Virus record (IMG/VR): IMGVR_UViG_3300021405_000007
Location: 44,107 to 108,106 of that record
Length of the DNA: 64,000 bases
Origin: a virus
Strand: one strand, 5' to 3'
Part shown: positions 46,801-55,581 of the stretch, one piece after another
Position numbering within the stretch: the stretch's first letter is position 1
Layout: each line of letters opens with the position of its first letter
Position numbers and translations under genes: made by a program
Notes under the pieces: model-generated
What the model saw: only the letters and a program-made list of their open reading frames with translations
The model's database searches: none
Told to the model about the DNA's origin: nothing

Positions 46801-48473
46801 TCTTCCCAACAGCATCTACCATCTCAAAATGGGATGCACATATTAATCTAAGCGCTAATTCTTTTCTTTCTGGGTATGCAACCACAACTAGCTCTTTAAC
46901 TCCTTTAGTTTTAACTGTTTCAAGTGCTTATAGGCAATATATCACAGGAAGTGTCGCTCAAACTGTAACTTTACCTATAGTTAGTACTTTAACTATAGGT
47001 CAAGAATTTGAGATCGTTAATCTAGCGTCAACTTCTATAACCGTTGAATCTTCCGGATTGAATACCGTTCAAACAATGGCGGCTAATACAGTTGCTCGTT
47101 TTACTGCAATTTTGACGACCGGGACGACCGCAGCTTCATGGGCTGTTAAATATGGTTATTTATCGGGCGGTTCAGTAAACTCCGTCGCTTTATTTGATGC
47201 TAGTACAATTCCTATATATGGAGTTTCTGGAAGTCCGATCACGGCTGCAGGCACATTAGATTTAACTCTCGTCAATCAATCTGCTAATCAAGTGTTTGCA
47301 GGTCCTACAAGTGGGGGAGTAACCCAACCAGCATTTAGAGCTTTGGTAGCAACTGATATTCCAAGTCTCTCCAGCACTTATGTAACCCAAGCAGAGGTTG
47401 GTGCAGTAAGTGGTGTTGCCCCCTTAGATGTTTCTGGAAAAATTCCAATAGGTTACTTACCCTCCAGTGTATTTGAATACCAAGGTGCTTGGAATCCTAC
47501 AACTAACACTCCTACCTTAGTGGACGGAACTGGTCAATCTGGGTATACTTATTGGATTTCTGCAGCTTTTGCAGGCCCTATTTCTGGACTAAATAACTCC
47601 TCAATGATCAACTTCCAAATTGGAGATTTGGTCATTTACAATGGTTCACAGTGGGAGCTTACGACTCCCGCAGCGGGTGTGACTTCAGTTAATGGCGCAC
47701 AAGGAGCAGTAACGGTTAATGCTATTAGTCAGTTAACAGGGGATGTAACTGCGGGGCCAGCTTCGGGATCTGCTTCAGCCGCTGCTTCAGTGGCAAAAAT
47801 TCAAGGAACTGTAGTAAGCGGCACCACGGGTAGTGGGAACGTAGTATTTTCTGCTTCTCCGGTTTTAACAACACCTACTATTACGATCAAAGACAATGCA
47901 TTAACCCTTGAAAATTCAACGGATACTACTAAACAAGCTTTATTTAGCTTAGTTGGCATCACGACGGGGCATACCACAACTTTAGCCGTTCCTGAAGTTA
48001 ACGGCACTGACACCTTAGGTCTGATTGCTTTAGCTCAAAGCCCCACCAATAAAACCTTTGATGCTACCAGCTTTTTCCCAACGATCTCAGAACAAATGAT
48101 AGCTGGACAAAGCTTCTCAGCTAATACGATATATGCTGTCAGACTTGGGCAAGGGGGGCAAAGTGAAACAGTCGGTAGAATTTATGCCGCAGATCCAAGT
48201 GTTTCTGGCGGTGTGAACAACTATTTTGCAATCGGGTTGATATATCCAACTGGAGCGATCTCTGCAGGCGGTTCTGTAAATGTTGTAAAAATGGGCTTGA
48301 TAAATGTGGGTGCCTCAACTTATACTTCTGGCCAAACTGGAACTCCCTTATATTTGACTACTTCTGGCGCTGTAACTTTGACTAATCCTGGTGCTACAGA
48401 CGTTTTAACGATTAGAGTGGGGATAGTTAGAGATACTGCAAAAATAGAAGTTCAAATTTTAGGGTGGTATTAA
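43815..48473 (+). CDS. long tail fibre protein
   Basis: 1552 aa after the baseplate; VYLNGV, DAATKGYVD, LTGDVT, YQGAWN..TNTPTL fibre modules; Gly8 hinge. Confidence 0.8.
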   Translation: MAILQRLLEHSQQRFDLEDLNTILSALRSDSKYWQLLFNAQTSYVVAGFEISSSSIGQSSINIVLDSSILLNPNNSTDFSWFAGFSGASPINVGIEAGALVIGRNYVELQLSTIDSVPLQRAFWDPTANSGAGGEFQQQVNTTTELQVQVVVNQTAFHVSNPDLIPLAIVDVNSSALISGILDQRNLFFRLGTKDTPTLGWTWNTQIEPPTTLTFVMNSSPAFDAGETITFTSGATAVLETGGTNNIQATSFSGLNFALGDTVTGLTSGATGTLQSFYESFVGADKDILNLKEMLNALMTEIRTLKGTPYWYSQSVAPTTPGLLDFINTIPVPLTAGAKYEWDGSNLAISDAATSGQSSADQIAALRIPGKSGTFILSRQDGTVSTSEIAIGDGQILFIILPSDLTTSRTYSGIGTASTNFQVIARNSFVATDKTHWLAYREGSRLITHGFGQMVAGQEMSIDAGGGGGGGGVQEFIPFRLYENVPNTSVLNIGPSVNTDDVSGKKSAVSRNPPNTSDFLGGTISFPTTSGNNATPSVGSAVRIDIQSSFYLKVLIAVDLSGNIVIVPGVQASSLSAAKLPAFPYGAFSIGYIVLVNTAGVISLISQTNIYQFADLGHFEDGNNGGGNVYKEDVDVVSSPSGNDQMAPISSPPVTVTIPKDTNLYLGTGLEARVTSSSSTVQVSKSNHGLTTGDLVTIITASAIGGITGGNLSQTATACTVIDSNNFSYVAGAAGTYNDYGTLDATFANTTRHFIVGDRTLVVYLNGVEQRNGIDYSEFGTFGLSSNQIIWLTTIVVGDLVTYEIVRVGGLTILQNGSPVATGTLQESYNNGQSIVTESGAPVVISGPSGQKLLHVAGNVQIDGVIDPTAITFTPQSSNPLSSGQQGIWFDSSNAMHTYDGTTDTNTNASFVKINGSNPFTGPQSMGSNKLTNVATPTVSSDAATKGYVDGLAISALIGDVSGTGPGSTSTTVNSVGGSSASNIHSAEQAANAATIFPTASTISKWDAHINLSANSFLSGYATTTSSLTPLVLTVSSAYRQYITGSVAQTVTLPIVSTLTIGQEFEIVNLASTSITVESSGLNTVQTMAANTVARFTAILTTGTTAASWAVKYGYLSGGSVNSVALFDASTIPIYGVSGSPITAAGTLDLTLVNQSANQVFAGPTSGGVTQPAFRALVATDIPSLSSTYVTQAEVGAVSGVAPLDVSGKIPIGYLPSSVFEYQGAWNPTTNTPTLVDGTGQSGYTYWISAAFAGPISGLNNSSMINFQIGDLVIYNGSQWELTTPAAGVTSVNGAQGAVTVNAISQLTGDVTAGPASGSASAAASVAKIQGTVVSGTTGSGNVVFSASPVLTTPTITIKDNALTLENSTDTTKQALFSLVGITTGHTTTLAVPEVNGTDTLGLIALAQSPTNKTFDATSFFPTISEQMIAGQSFSANTIYAVRLGQGGQSETVGRIYAADPSVSGGVNNYFAIGLIYPTGAISAGGSVNVVKMGLINVGASTYTSGQTGTPLYLTTSGAVTLTNPGATDVLTIRVGIVRDTAKIEVQILGWY

Positions 48474-48484
48474 TTAAAAATGAA

Positions 48485-48493
48485 TGATAAAAT
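48485..48493 (+). promoter_or_regulatory. extended -10 box TGATAAAAT
   Basis: 24 nt upstream of 48517. Confidence 0.45.
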
Positions 48494-48516
48494 ATATAAA
48501 AATTAAGAGGATTTAG

Positions 48517-50484
48517 ATGTCAGCTTCATATACCCGCGTGGATTTACGTCAGACAATTGAGAGAGACCTTCTTCAATCAGCAACTGCTCAATCAGGTAGC
48601 TTAGGGGATTCTGTTGCAAGAGGTTTAGACAAAGAGGTAACCCGGCCGTATTACTTTACCGTAACGGGCTCCTCCAGAGTACTGACGGTTGCTGGTGCTG
48701 GCTTGATTACAAATGCTGAGAGTTCAGTTTCTCATGCAAACCCAGCCATTGTTGGCGTTGTTGATCCGCGCACAACTTCTTTCACAGTTACTTTTCCTTC
48801 GGCCAGTGCTGGAACTGCAACAAGTTCAATTACAATTGATTCGGGTTCAACTGTAACGGTTTCATCTAACAACTATATAAATGTAGGCGTAAATCTTGCC
48901 CCTACTGGAAACATAGCTTTAACTTACGGCACCCAAAATACCGTAGCTGCTTCTGCTACTGCTCCAGCGATACCAGCGGGTTATTTAGGAATTGGCTACG
49001 TTCAACTATTTAATAATGCCGGAGCTATTGCTAATTTAGCTAACTCTTCTTTAGTACATTACCATGCTTCTCGCTACAGTGAATATCTAGCCACAGTAAA
49101 AACTGTAGCAATTTCAGGTAGTACTACTTTAACGGACAATGCTCTTCACTTCGTTGATACTACAGTTGGAAGGTCTTTAACTTTACCGGCACCTTCAAAA
49201 AGTTCTTCTATCATAATAAAAGATTCTACTGGTAATGCAGGTACCAATAGCATTAGCATATTGCAGCATGCTTCTGAAAATATAGAAGGTGTTGCAGCTA
49301 CTTACGTTTTCTCGGTAGGTAATGGTGCTCTCCATTTAACGAGCGATGGCACCAACTGGTTTATCACAGATTCTTGGGTGGGTGTTCCGGTTAGCACATC
49401 CCTAGCTCAGTTTAACGTACCGATAGGTAACTCAACTTCGATATATACTGCAACAAATACCAATCTTTTGGGTACTATATCAGCAAAAACATCTAGCGCA
49501 ACTGTTACCATGACGAACGCGAATCCCGGCGTTGTAACTCAAACAGCGCACGGAGCTTCTACGGGTGACACTGTTTACTTCATGACGACCGGAGCATTGC
49601 CGACCAACGTACCAGCCTCTACGACTTTTTGGATAACTAAAATTGATGCTAACACTTACAATATATCCTCTAGTTTAGAGAACTTGTATGAAGGTGTGTA
49701 CGTCAACACGACTTCGGGCGTACAATCAGGGGTTCAAACAGCGTTCTTGGGTGGTTTAACTTTAAAAAGCCTTCCTACTGCAAACCCTGCTGCTGCTGAT
49801 GGCGCGGTAACGATGTCAATAGCAAGTGCTCCAGTTCAAGTAATAACCCCCACCGTCAATAGAACTTACACACTTCCTACGACCGGCGTTTTAGCTGGCA
49901 TGAGTTATACTTTCATCAATAATTCAGCGGTAAGTCTTTCAGATATAAAGATTTTAGTTAATAGTTCAGCTGGCGGTTTGGTGAGAACTATATGGTCGCA
50001 AACATCGGCTAAGATAACAGCTTTAAAAGACACTCCCACACTATCGACTGACTGGATCTGCGAGACTCCTGCTATATCAAACTGGACAATTTTTAGTCCA
50101 GTGTTTACTGGTTTTGGGACGGTTAGTTCGTCAAACCTCTATTACCGTAGGTATGGTGATTCGATTCAAATAAGGGGCTCTTTCACTGCAGGTACGGTAA
50201 CCAGTGCTACCGCTAGTATTTCTTTACCAAACAGCTATACTTCTGCTTCAACTATGACGTCTGGAGACTTATCAGGGACTTGGACTCGAAGTGCCGCAGC
50301 GGGTGCAGCACAAGCTGATAACATAATACTGGGTGCTAGTGTGGGTACCTTTGCTTTCGCCTTTTTAACCACAGCTGCAGGGGGTTTAACTCCACAAAAT
50401 GGTAACGTGCTTATCGGAAATGGTGAAACTGTGAGTTTATTTCTGACGGCACCAATTTCGGGTTTTACAGCGGTTGGCGGATAA
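48517..50484 (+). CDS. second tail fibre / receptor-binding protein
   Basis: LTLPAP...IIKD..G.A, SDGTNWF, YRR.GD...IRG...ISLP C-terminal domain. Confidence 0.75.
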   Translation: MSASYTRVDLRQTIERDLLQSATAQSGSLGDSVARGLDKEVTRPYYFTVTGSSRVLTVAGAGLITNAESSVSHANPAIVGVVDPRTTSFTVTFPSASAGTATSSITIDSGSTVTVSSNNYINVGVNLAPTGNIALTYGTQNTVAASATAPAIPAGYLGIGYVQLFNNAGAIANLANSSLVHYHASRYSEYLATVKTVAISGSTTLTDNALHFVDTTVGRSLTLPAPSKSSSIIIKDSTGNAGTNSISILQHASENIEGVAATYVFSVGNGALHLTSDGTNWFITDSWVGVPVSTSLAQFNVPIGNSTSIYTATNTNLLGTISAKTSSATVTMTNANPGVVTQTAHGASTGDTVYFMTTGALPTNVPASTTFWITKIDANTYNISSSLENLYEGVYVNTTSGVQSGVQTAFLGGLTLKSLPTANPAAADGAVTMSIASAPVQVITPTVNRTYTLPTTGVLAGMSYTFINNSAVSLSDIKILVNSSAGGLVRTIWSQTSAKITALKDTPTLSTDWICETPAISNWTIFSPVFTGFGTVSSSNLYYRRYGDSIQIRGSFTAGTVTSATASISLPNSYTSASTMTSGDLSGTWTRSAAAGAAQADNIILGASVGTFAFAFLTTAAGGLTPQNGNVLIGNGETVSLFLTAPISGFTAVGG

Positions 50485-50690
50485 TGAAAAAGGTTGATTA
50501 TAAAACCCACAATAAAGATCTCATCGAACGAATGAAGAAAGGTGAATCTTTACTAAAGTACGATACTGGAGCAAGTTGGTACCCTGTTAGGCCTGTAATA
50601 AAAAAAGATGTGAACGCCATCAAAAAGTTGTATGATAAAAAAGAAGTAGATGAGGAGATTGTAATAGATGGTGAAACTAGAGGAAGTTAA
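50484..50690 (+). CDS. hypothetical protein
   Basis: TAATG overlap. Confidence 0.55.
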   Translation: MKKVDYKTHNKDLIERMKKGESLLKYDTGASWYPVRPVIKKDVNAIKKLYDKKEVDEEIVIDGETRGS

Positions 50691-50868
50691 AGAAACTCAG
50701 AAAATAATAAAGAGACGAGCTCCTGCTCCGAGTCTTTATGATTTAACTCCTAAATTAATGGAAAAACTTGAAATTAAATCTCCTTCCGAACTATTTTTTA
50801 TTATAGATAGACTTAGATATTTATGGGTTCAAGATAAATTATCTACTTATGAGTTTCCAGAAGAATAG
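50668..50868 (+). CDS. hypothetical protein
   Basis: GGAG RBS, ORF track. Confidence 0.55.
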   Translation: MVKLEEVKETQKIIKRRAPAPSLYDLTPKLMEKLEIKSPSELFFIIDRLRYLWVQDKLSTYEFPEE

Positions 50869-50967
50869 ATTTTTTTGCGACAACAAGTCAATTATTCCCT
50901 TTAATATTAGGTTGATATAACTACTATATGTTGCCCGTTTCTATTTTTACCTTCGACAACATAGCGA

Positions 50968-51177
50968 CTACTCAAAGTTAAAACCCAAATCCCTCATCCA
51001 CTTGGTGGGAGCCTTAAGTCCCACCACTGCATAAACATCTGTAAATAACGACAAAACTTCTTGATCGGTATATTTTGGGACGTTTGACTGTACTTGCAAG
51101 CCATATGCCAAAAATTTGTCTTTATATACTGGTATTTGCGCTTCTTGTTCTGGGGTTAGGGTTTCTAAAACTGTCAT
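50968..51177 (-). CDS. short protein resembling the N-terminus of DUF6745-type phage proteins
   Basis: LTPEQEAQIPVYKDKFLAYGL; AAGGA RBS; follows a sigma-28-type promoter. Confidence 0.5.
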   Translation of the reverse strand: MTVLETLTPEQEAQIPVYKDKFLAYGLQVQSNVPKYTDQEVLSLFTDVYAVVGLKAPTKWMRDLGFNFE

Positions 51178-51220
51178 ATTAATTCCTTTTGTTAAGTCTC
51201 TCTTTACTCTCTTGAACTAC

Positions 51221-51247
51221 CTATCGGCATATTTATGAAAAACTTTA
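51221..51247 (-). promoter_or_regulatory. sigma-28/FliA-type promoter TAAAGTTT-N11-GCCGATAG
   Basis: 15/16 match to the FliA consensus with exact spacing. Confidence 0.8.
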
Positions 51248-51268
51248 GGGATGAGATTTTTTTAAATT

Positions 51269-51571
51269 TCAAGTGTCGAAAATAATTGATTTATCTTCTA
51301 CTTGATCCCTTACTTGATCCCTTACTTGATCCCTTATTTGAACATTTGTCCTAGTCTCCCTTTTATATTTTCTTATTTTAAGAATTTCACTCATTATCTC
51401 ACCCTCCGTTTGATCTCTTACTTTACGCCACACCAACTCTCTTATTTGATATCTTGTTGTATTCCATATTTTCTTAATCACTTGAACGTTTACTTCACTG
51501 CTTACTCCATCCTTAATTTGTTTCAATGCCTGATTGACCGGCTTATCTCTTATTGTAATGATTTCATTCAT
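51269..51571 (-). CDS. QVRD/QVW-repeat protein
   Basis: QIRDQVRDQVRDQVED; start moved to 51571. Confidence 0.55.
   Translation of the reverse strand: MNEIITIRDKPVNQALKQIKDGVSSEVNVQVIKKIWNTTRYQIRELVWRKVRDQTEGEIMSEILKIRKYKRETRTNVQIRDQVRDQVRDQVEDKSIIFDT
51299..51340. repeat. 12-bp tandem repeat (TACTTGATCCCT) x3.5
   Basis: seen directly; encodes QVRD repeats on the minus strand. Confidence 0.85.
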
Positions 51572-51728
51572 TTTCTTCTCCATTTTGGAGAAAATCAAGC
51601 ATGTTAAGGTATGCCTCTTCTAGTCCAGCTTCATAGTCTTCACTATAGAGGTTTTTTGCCTCTCGAAGTTTTGAATTTATAAACTTTATAAGCTTCACTT
51701 TTTCTAAATCAACGATTTTATTTTTCAT
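51564..51728 (-). CDS. hypothetical protein
   Basis: track ORF 51564..51746, likely start 51728. Confidence 0.5.
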   Translation of the reverse strand: MKNKIVDLEKVKLIKFINSKLREAKNLYSEDYEAGLEEAYLNMLDFLQNGEENE

Positions 51729-51915
51729 AGAAATTCTCTCCCTCATTACATACTTAACCAGAATGTAAAAATTAGACTTATCAACATTGATCCAAATACT
51801 AGCCCAAATAGGGGATTAAAGTATTTGCTAGGCATAAGACTTGCTCCATGATATCCTGTAATACCTGCAGTTAGTATAATTGTTAAAACTGTTATTTTGA
51901 ACCAAATTAAATTCA

Positions 51916-52200
51916 TTATTTCTCCTTCGCCTCTTTTATTATACGCTTCACATCTTCTTGAGTCTGAGTTTTTCTTTTAACTTGCTTCACTTCGAGTTTG
52001 TCAGTTTTTACCTTGAATAGAAGCAATAAAGGCGAAAGTTCTGAGATAGGAGCGATAATATACTTGAATAGGGGTGCAGCCTTTTCATCTAAACCCTCAA
52101 AAAACTTAAGTTTTACTTCAAGTAGTCCATCATCGGTAATGATAGTAGCAATTCTTCTCTCAAAAAGGCATTTTTTACCTGAAATTAATATTGGAGCCAT
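51916..52200 (-). CDS. hypothetical protein
   Basis: GAGG RBS, ORF track. Confidence 0.55.
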   Translation of the reverse strand: MAPILISGKKCLFERRIATIITDDGLLEVKLKFFEGLDEKAAPLFKYIIAPISELSPLLLLFKVKTDKLEVKQVKRKTQTQEDVKRIIKEAKEK

Positions 52201-52270
52201 TTAATAAATCCTCAAATTAAGCATTTCTCAATCTTAGGTTTATAGTTTACGAAGTTGGACTTCGTGCTTA

Positions 52271-52882
52271 TTATACTTTGATGTTTAGTATTCTATCTAT
52301 AAGTCCCATAAATCCTATATTTTTATATTTATTATGTTCTTTTTTAATTTCTTCTCTTGATAAGGCCATTAGTCTTCCCCCATATCTGGAATTATTGGCG
52401 GCTCGCCAAACTTCATATTCATCCTCACTTATAGTCCAAATAGTTCTATTGCCATTTATACTTATCTCATTTCTACCTTCAAACCTCTCTGTTATTTCTT
52501 TATCACATAGATATTCGTCTCCAAATACTTCTGCATTTCCATGAATTTTAGAATTTCCAAATATTCTACTTCCTTTATGAATTTGGGCATTACCATAAAT
52601 CTTAGCATTGCCATAAATTTCAGCATCACGACATACGATAGCATCACCAAATACTTGAGCGTTCTCATATACCCTCCCTTGCGGGAATACCCAAGCATCT
52701 CCTTCTTGAGAGAGATTCGTTTCTTGTTCAATATATCCACCCTTTTCTCCTATTTCTACTGTAAATTTCTTTTCTTTTTCCGGACTAAATGGGTATTTAA
52801 ATTCTCTTATAGCAACTATTCGATATAGGGTACGTCCTTCTATTCTAACTAAGTCTGTTTTATCTAATTTATACTTATTCAT
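52271..52882 (-). CDS. left-handed beta-helix (hexapeptide repeat) phage protein
   Basis: LYRI.A...GEKGGYIE.E.NLSQEG.AWV, then xYGNAx repeats. Confidence 0.8.
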   Translation of the reverse strand: MNKYKLDKTDLVRIEGRTLYRIVAIREFKYPFSPEKEKKFTVEIGEKGGYIEQETNLSQEGDAWVFPQGRVYENAQVFGDAIVCRDAEIYGNAKIYGNAQIHKGSRIFGNSKIHGNAEVFGDEYLCDKEITERFEGRNEISINGNRTIWTISEDEYEVWRAANNSRYGGRLMALSREEIKKEHNKYKNIGFMGLIDRILNIKV

Positions 52883-52990
52883 TTTTACTCCTCTTTGTTT
52901 GGTTTAGGTAAGAAACAATGATGGCAGATCAGTCCCCCAAGTCCTCACTCCGCATAACTTTATGATCTTCTTTTTACACTTCCATACTAC

Positions 52991-53017
52991 TTAACGGCTA
53001 TTCTAAGAAAAACTTTA
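52991..53017 (-). promoter_or_regulatory. sigma-28-type promoter TAAAGTTT-N11-GCCGTTAA
   Basis: 15/16 match, exact spacing. Confidence 0.75.
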
Positions 53018-53093
53018 GCGCTGAAACACTGTTTTGTTATAATCGCCTGTTTTTGCACCTAAAAATTTTTCATTTTCTAACTCCCTCGAAAAA

Positions 53094-53102
53094 TGTTAAA
53101 AT
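53094..53102 (+). promoter_or_regulatory. extended -10 box TGTTAAAAT
   Basis: 53 nt upstream of clpP. Confidence 0.55.
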
Positions 53103-53154
53103 TCTTTATGAGATTCAGATTCAAATTTATCAATAAAATTAGAGTTTTAACTAC

Positions 53155-53775
53155 ATGGCAGCCCCAAAACACCAAGATAGTGACTTAGACAATCTTCATG
53201 AGCATGGTATACACGTAAAATCTAGAACAATCTTCTTAAGAAGACAAGATTATATCGATGGAGAAGAGTCAGATCCGGGGGTTGACCATGTTTTTGCTAC
53301 TAAATTCCTTAAGAATCTGTTTTTCTTAGAAATTTTATCCCATGAACCGATAACCATCATAATGTCGACTCCCGGAGGCCTCGAAACTGAGGGAATGGCT
53401 ATCTTTGATGCAATAAAAAGCTCTCCATGCCATATAACAATCGTTGTACGAGGGGAAGCATCAAGTATGGGGAGTTACATACTCCAGAGTGCCGATGAGC
53501 GTTGTATAGCTCCAAATTCAATTTTAATGATGCATTATGGTAGCAGCAATGGTTATGGATTAGATCACAAAAAAACAGCAAAGAGTTGGATCGTATTTGA
53601 AGAAAAATATGGAAAAAAATTGGATGAAATTTTATTTCAGAAAATATTATCTAAACATCCGGAATTTAAACGTAAAAAATTTGATGATATGTTAAATTTT
53701 GATACTATTCTTACGGCTGAGGAAGCCGTAGAGTTGGGGCTAGCTGATAAAATTTTGAGGGTAGATAAAGAGTGA
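53155..53775 (+). CDS. clpP: ClpP-family serine protease
   Basis: I.MSTPGG...GMAIFDAI, G.ASSMGS (Ser), MMH (His), D..LTAEEAVELGLAD. Confidence 0.88.
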   Translation: MAAPKHQDSDLDNLHEHGIHVKSRTIFLRRQDYIDGEESDPGVDHVFATKFLKNLFFLEILSHEPITIIMSTPGGLETEGMAIFDAIKSSPCHITIVVRGEASSMGSYILQSADERCIAPNSILMMHYGSSNGYGLDHKKTAKSWIVFEEKYGKKLDEILFQKILSKHPEFKRKKFDDMLNFDTILTAEEAVELGLADKILRVDKE

Positions 53776-53778
53776 AAC

Positions 53779-54135
53779 CTATAAAAGTAGAAAGTCCTTT
53801 AATGCTTCCTCCTGCTTTTTAAGTTCTTCTTTCCTTTTTTCATTCAATCTATCTTCAATTTTGAAGATTATTAAATTCAAAACCTTTTGATCTTTTATAG
53901 AATAGATAGAAGTGCCTCTAAAATATAAAGAAACCTCAGATTTAGTAACAAAAAGCGTATAAAAAGAAAAAGAGTCAAATTGGATGGAGATATGTTCTTT
54001 ATCAAGGAATTCTTTATTGAGCTTATCAAGATAACCGTCCTCCCATTTAGGTATATATAAATTTTCTCTATCCAATAACTGGAGTATTTTGTGACTATAA
54101 CCATCCAATTCAGTTTCTATTAGTTCATTTTTCAT
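53779..54135 (-). CDS. hypothetical protein
   Basis: ORF track. Confidence 0.55.
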   Translation of the reverse strand: MKNELIETELDGYSHKILQLLDRENLYIPKWEDGYLDKLNKEFLDKEHISIQFDSFSFYTLFVTKSEVSLYFRGTSIYSIKDQKVLNLIIFKIEDRLNEKRKEELKKQEEALKDFLLL

Positions 54136-54159
54136 AAGAAGTCTTCCCTTTATTTTTTT

Positions 54160-54564
54160 TTAGTCAATAAATGCAATAAGATCGTCAGTACTATATCTAC
54201 CAAATCTTTTTCCAAATTTAGTATACCCACCCTCATGGGTGACAACACCAAATTCTTCATCTGGATAGAATCCTATAATTTGAAGTATTGCTCCTTTTTT
54301 CGATCGAACCTTACGGCCCACATCCTTCTCAGTAATAGACAATTTAGGTTCTTCATATTCTGCTATCAGCTTGTATGCCTCATTAAAACAACAGCGGCCA
54401 TCTAGAGTAGATGTATGATCTCTACACATTCCATTATTATAGAAAATAGAACAGGCTACTCTCTCAAATATATCTGAGACATCAGGTCTAATGGCGTCGA
54501 TTCTAATATATTTAACATCTGCCCTATCTTTACATACATATTTCTTACCTACTTCTAATAACAT
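54160..54564 (-). CDS. hypothetical protein, family A copy 2
   Basis: LEVGKKYVC...AEYEE...ITE.DVGRKVR, paralog of 55844..56263; 27 identical bp at 54531-54557 and 56230-56256. Confidence 0.65.
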   Translation of the reverse strand: MLLEVGKKYVCKDRADVKYIRIDAIRPDVSDIFERVACSIFYNNGMCRDHTSTLDGRCCFNEAYKLIAEYEEPKLSITEKDVGRKVRSKKGAILQIIGFYPDEEFGVVTHEGGYTKFGKRFGRYSTDDLIAFID

Positions 54565-54683
54565 ACTATTACCTCGTCTAATTTTATGAGTTATTCCTGT
54601 ATTTATTCAAACTCGCCTATCTATTTTATCCTCTCTCAGATCACTCCTGAGCGGAGGGATATATATATATATATTGAATTTGT

Positions 54684-54941
54684 CTATTTAAATCCTAATA
54701 TTTGGGCAAGTTCAGTTACTTGACGAGTACTTAATGAGCAATACCCATCTGAATCTCGTAAGCCATAACAGGCCGCAGTAAGCTGCGATAAACTAATTTC
54801 TACTTTATCCTCTTCTACTTCCCAATCATCTGATATTATATCTCCGGTACTAAATCTATATGCCCCATTTGGTTCGTGCCAAATGTCGCTATATTTCTGA
54901 CGATATCTCTTACCTGACATTATTGCTTTACTAAGTGTCAT
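54684..54941 (-). CDS. DUF2829/Tad2-like small protein, family B copy 2
   Basis: M.L..AI.SGK.YR...DI..DDWEV. Confidence 0.5.
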   Translation of the reverse strand: MTLSKAIMSGKRYRQKYSDIWHEPNGAYRFSTGDIISDDWEVEEDKVEISLSQLTAACYGLRDSDGYCSLSTRQVTELAQILGFK

Positions 54942-55161
54942 ATTTCATTCCTCCTTTATAAATCCTAGTCTATCTAATACTAGATCTAGTTTCATTTTAT
55001 TTCTCCTTTTGATTAATTATTGCAAGGCCATGTTCTTTGTGAGTAACATCTAACTATACTCTTGGTTATATTATCCGCTAAAGAATTTTCACTATAGTTC
55101 ACAAATAATGCTACAAAAATTGAGCAGAAAAATAAAATAATAAAAACTGTAAACTTGTCCT

Positions 55162-55581
55162 TCATTTTCCAGTACTTCCAAAACCGCCAATTCTTTCTTT
55201 ATTTTTTACTTCTATCGTGGTATTTTGGCAAACTATTTTTGTCTCACCTTGAGCTATTCTATCCCCAACATTAAACTTGAAGGATTCAGTTTTATGGTGA
55301 TTAATGAGGATAACTTTAATTTCCCCCTTGTAATCTTCATCTATGGTGGCTGGACTATTCAATATGGTCACGCCATGAAAAAGTGCTAAACTACTTCGAG
55401 GCCTTAAATTTAAATATTCATTTAAGGAACCCTCGGCACCAGTTTCCAAGTATAGACCTGTACTGATTGCTTTCCACTCACCAGGATGTATTACGCCCGA
55501 CTCATTAGCTGCTATATCAAAACAAGCAGCATTAATAGTTTGATAGGCAAGTTCATTATTAGATTTATTTATAATTTTCAT
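55162..55581 (-). CDS. dut: dUTPase (trimeric)
   Basis: A.FDI, PRSS, TID.DY.GEI, GDRIAQ, R.GGFGSTG. Confidence 0.93.
   Translation of the reverse strand: MKIINKSNNELAYQTINAACFDIAANESGVIHPGEWKAISTGLYLETGAEGSLNEYLNLRPRSSLALFHGVTILNSPATIDEDYKGEIKVILINHHKTESFKFNVGDRIAQGETKIVCQNTTIEVKNKERIGGFGSTGK

Noticed and set aside
51299-51340. Short tandem repeats as a CRISPR array
   Set aside because: 12-bp units with no spacers, explained by QVRD coding repeats; no cas genes or spaced repeat array seen in the window.
54659-54673. (AT)n microsatellite and small adjacent hairpin
   Set aside because: Short, intergenic and expected in AT-rich DNA; no supporting context.
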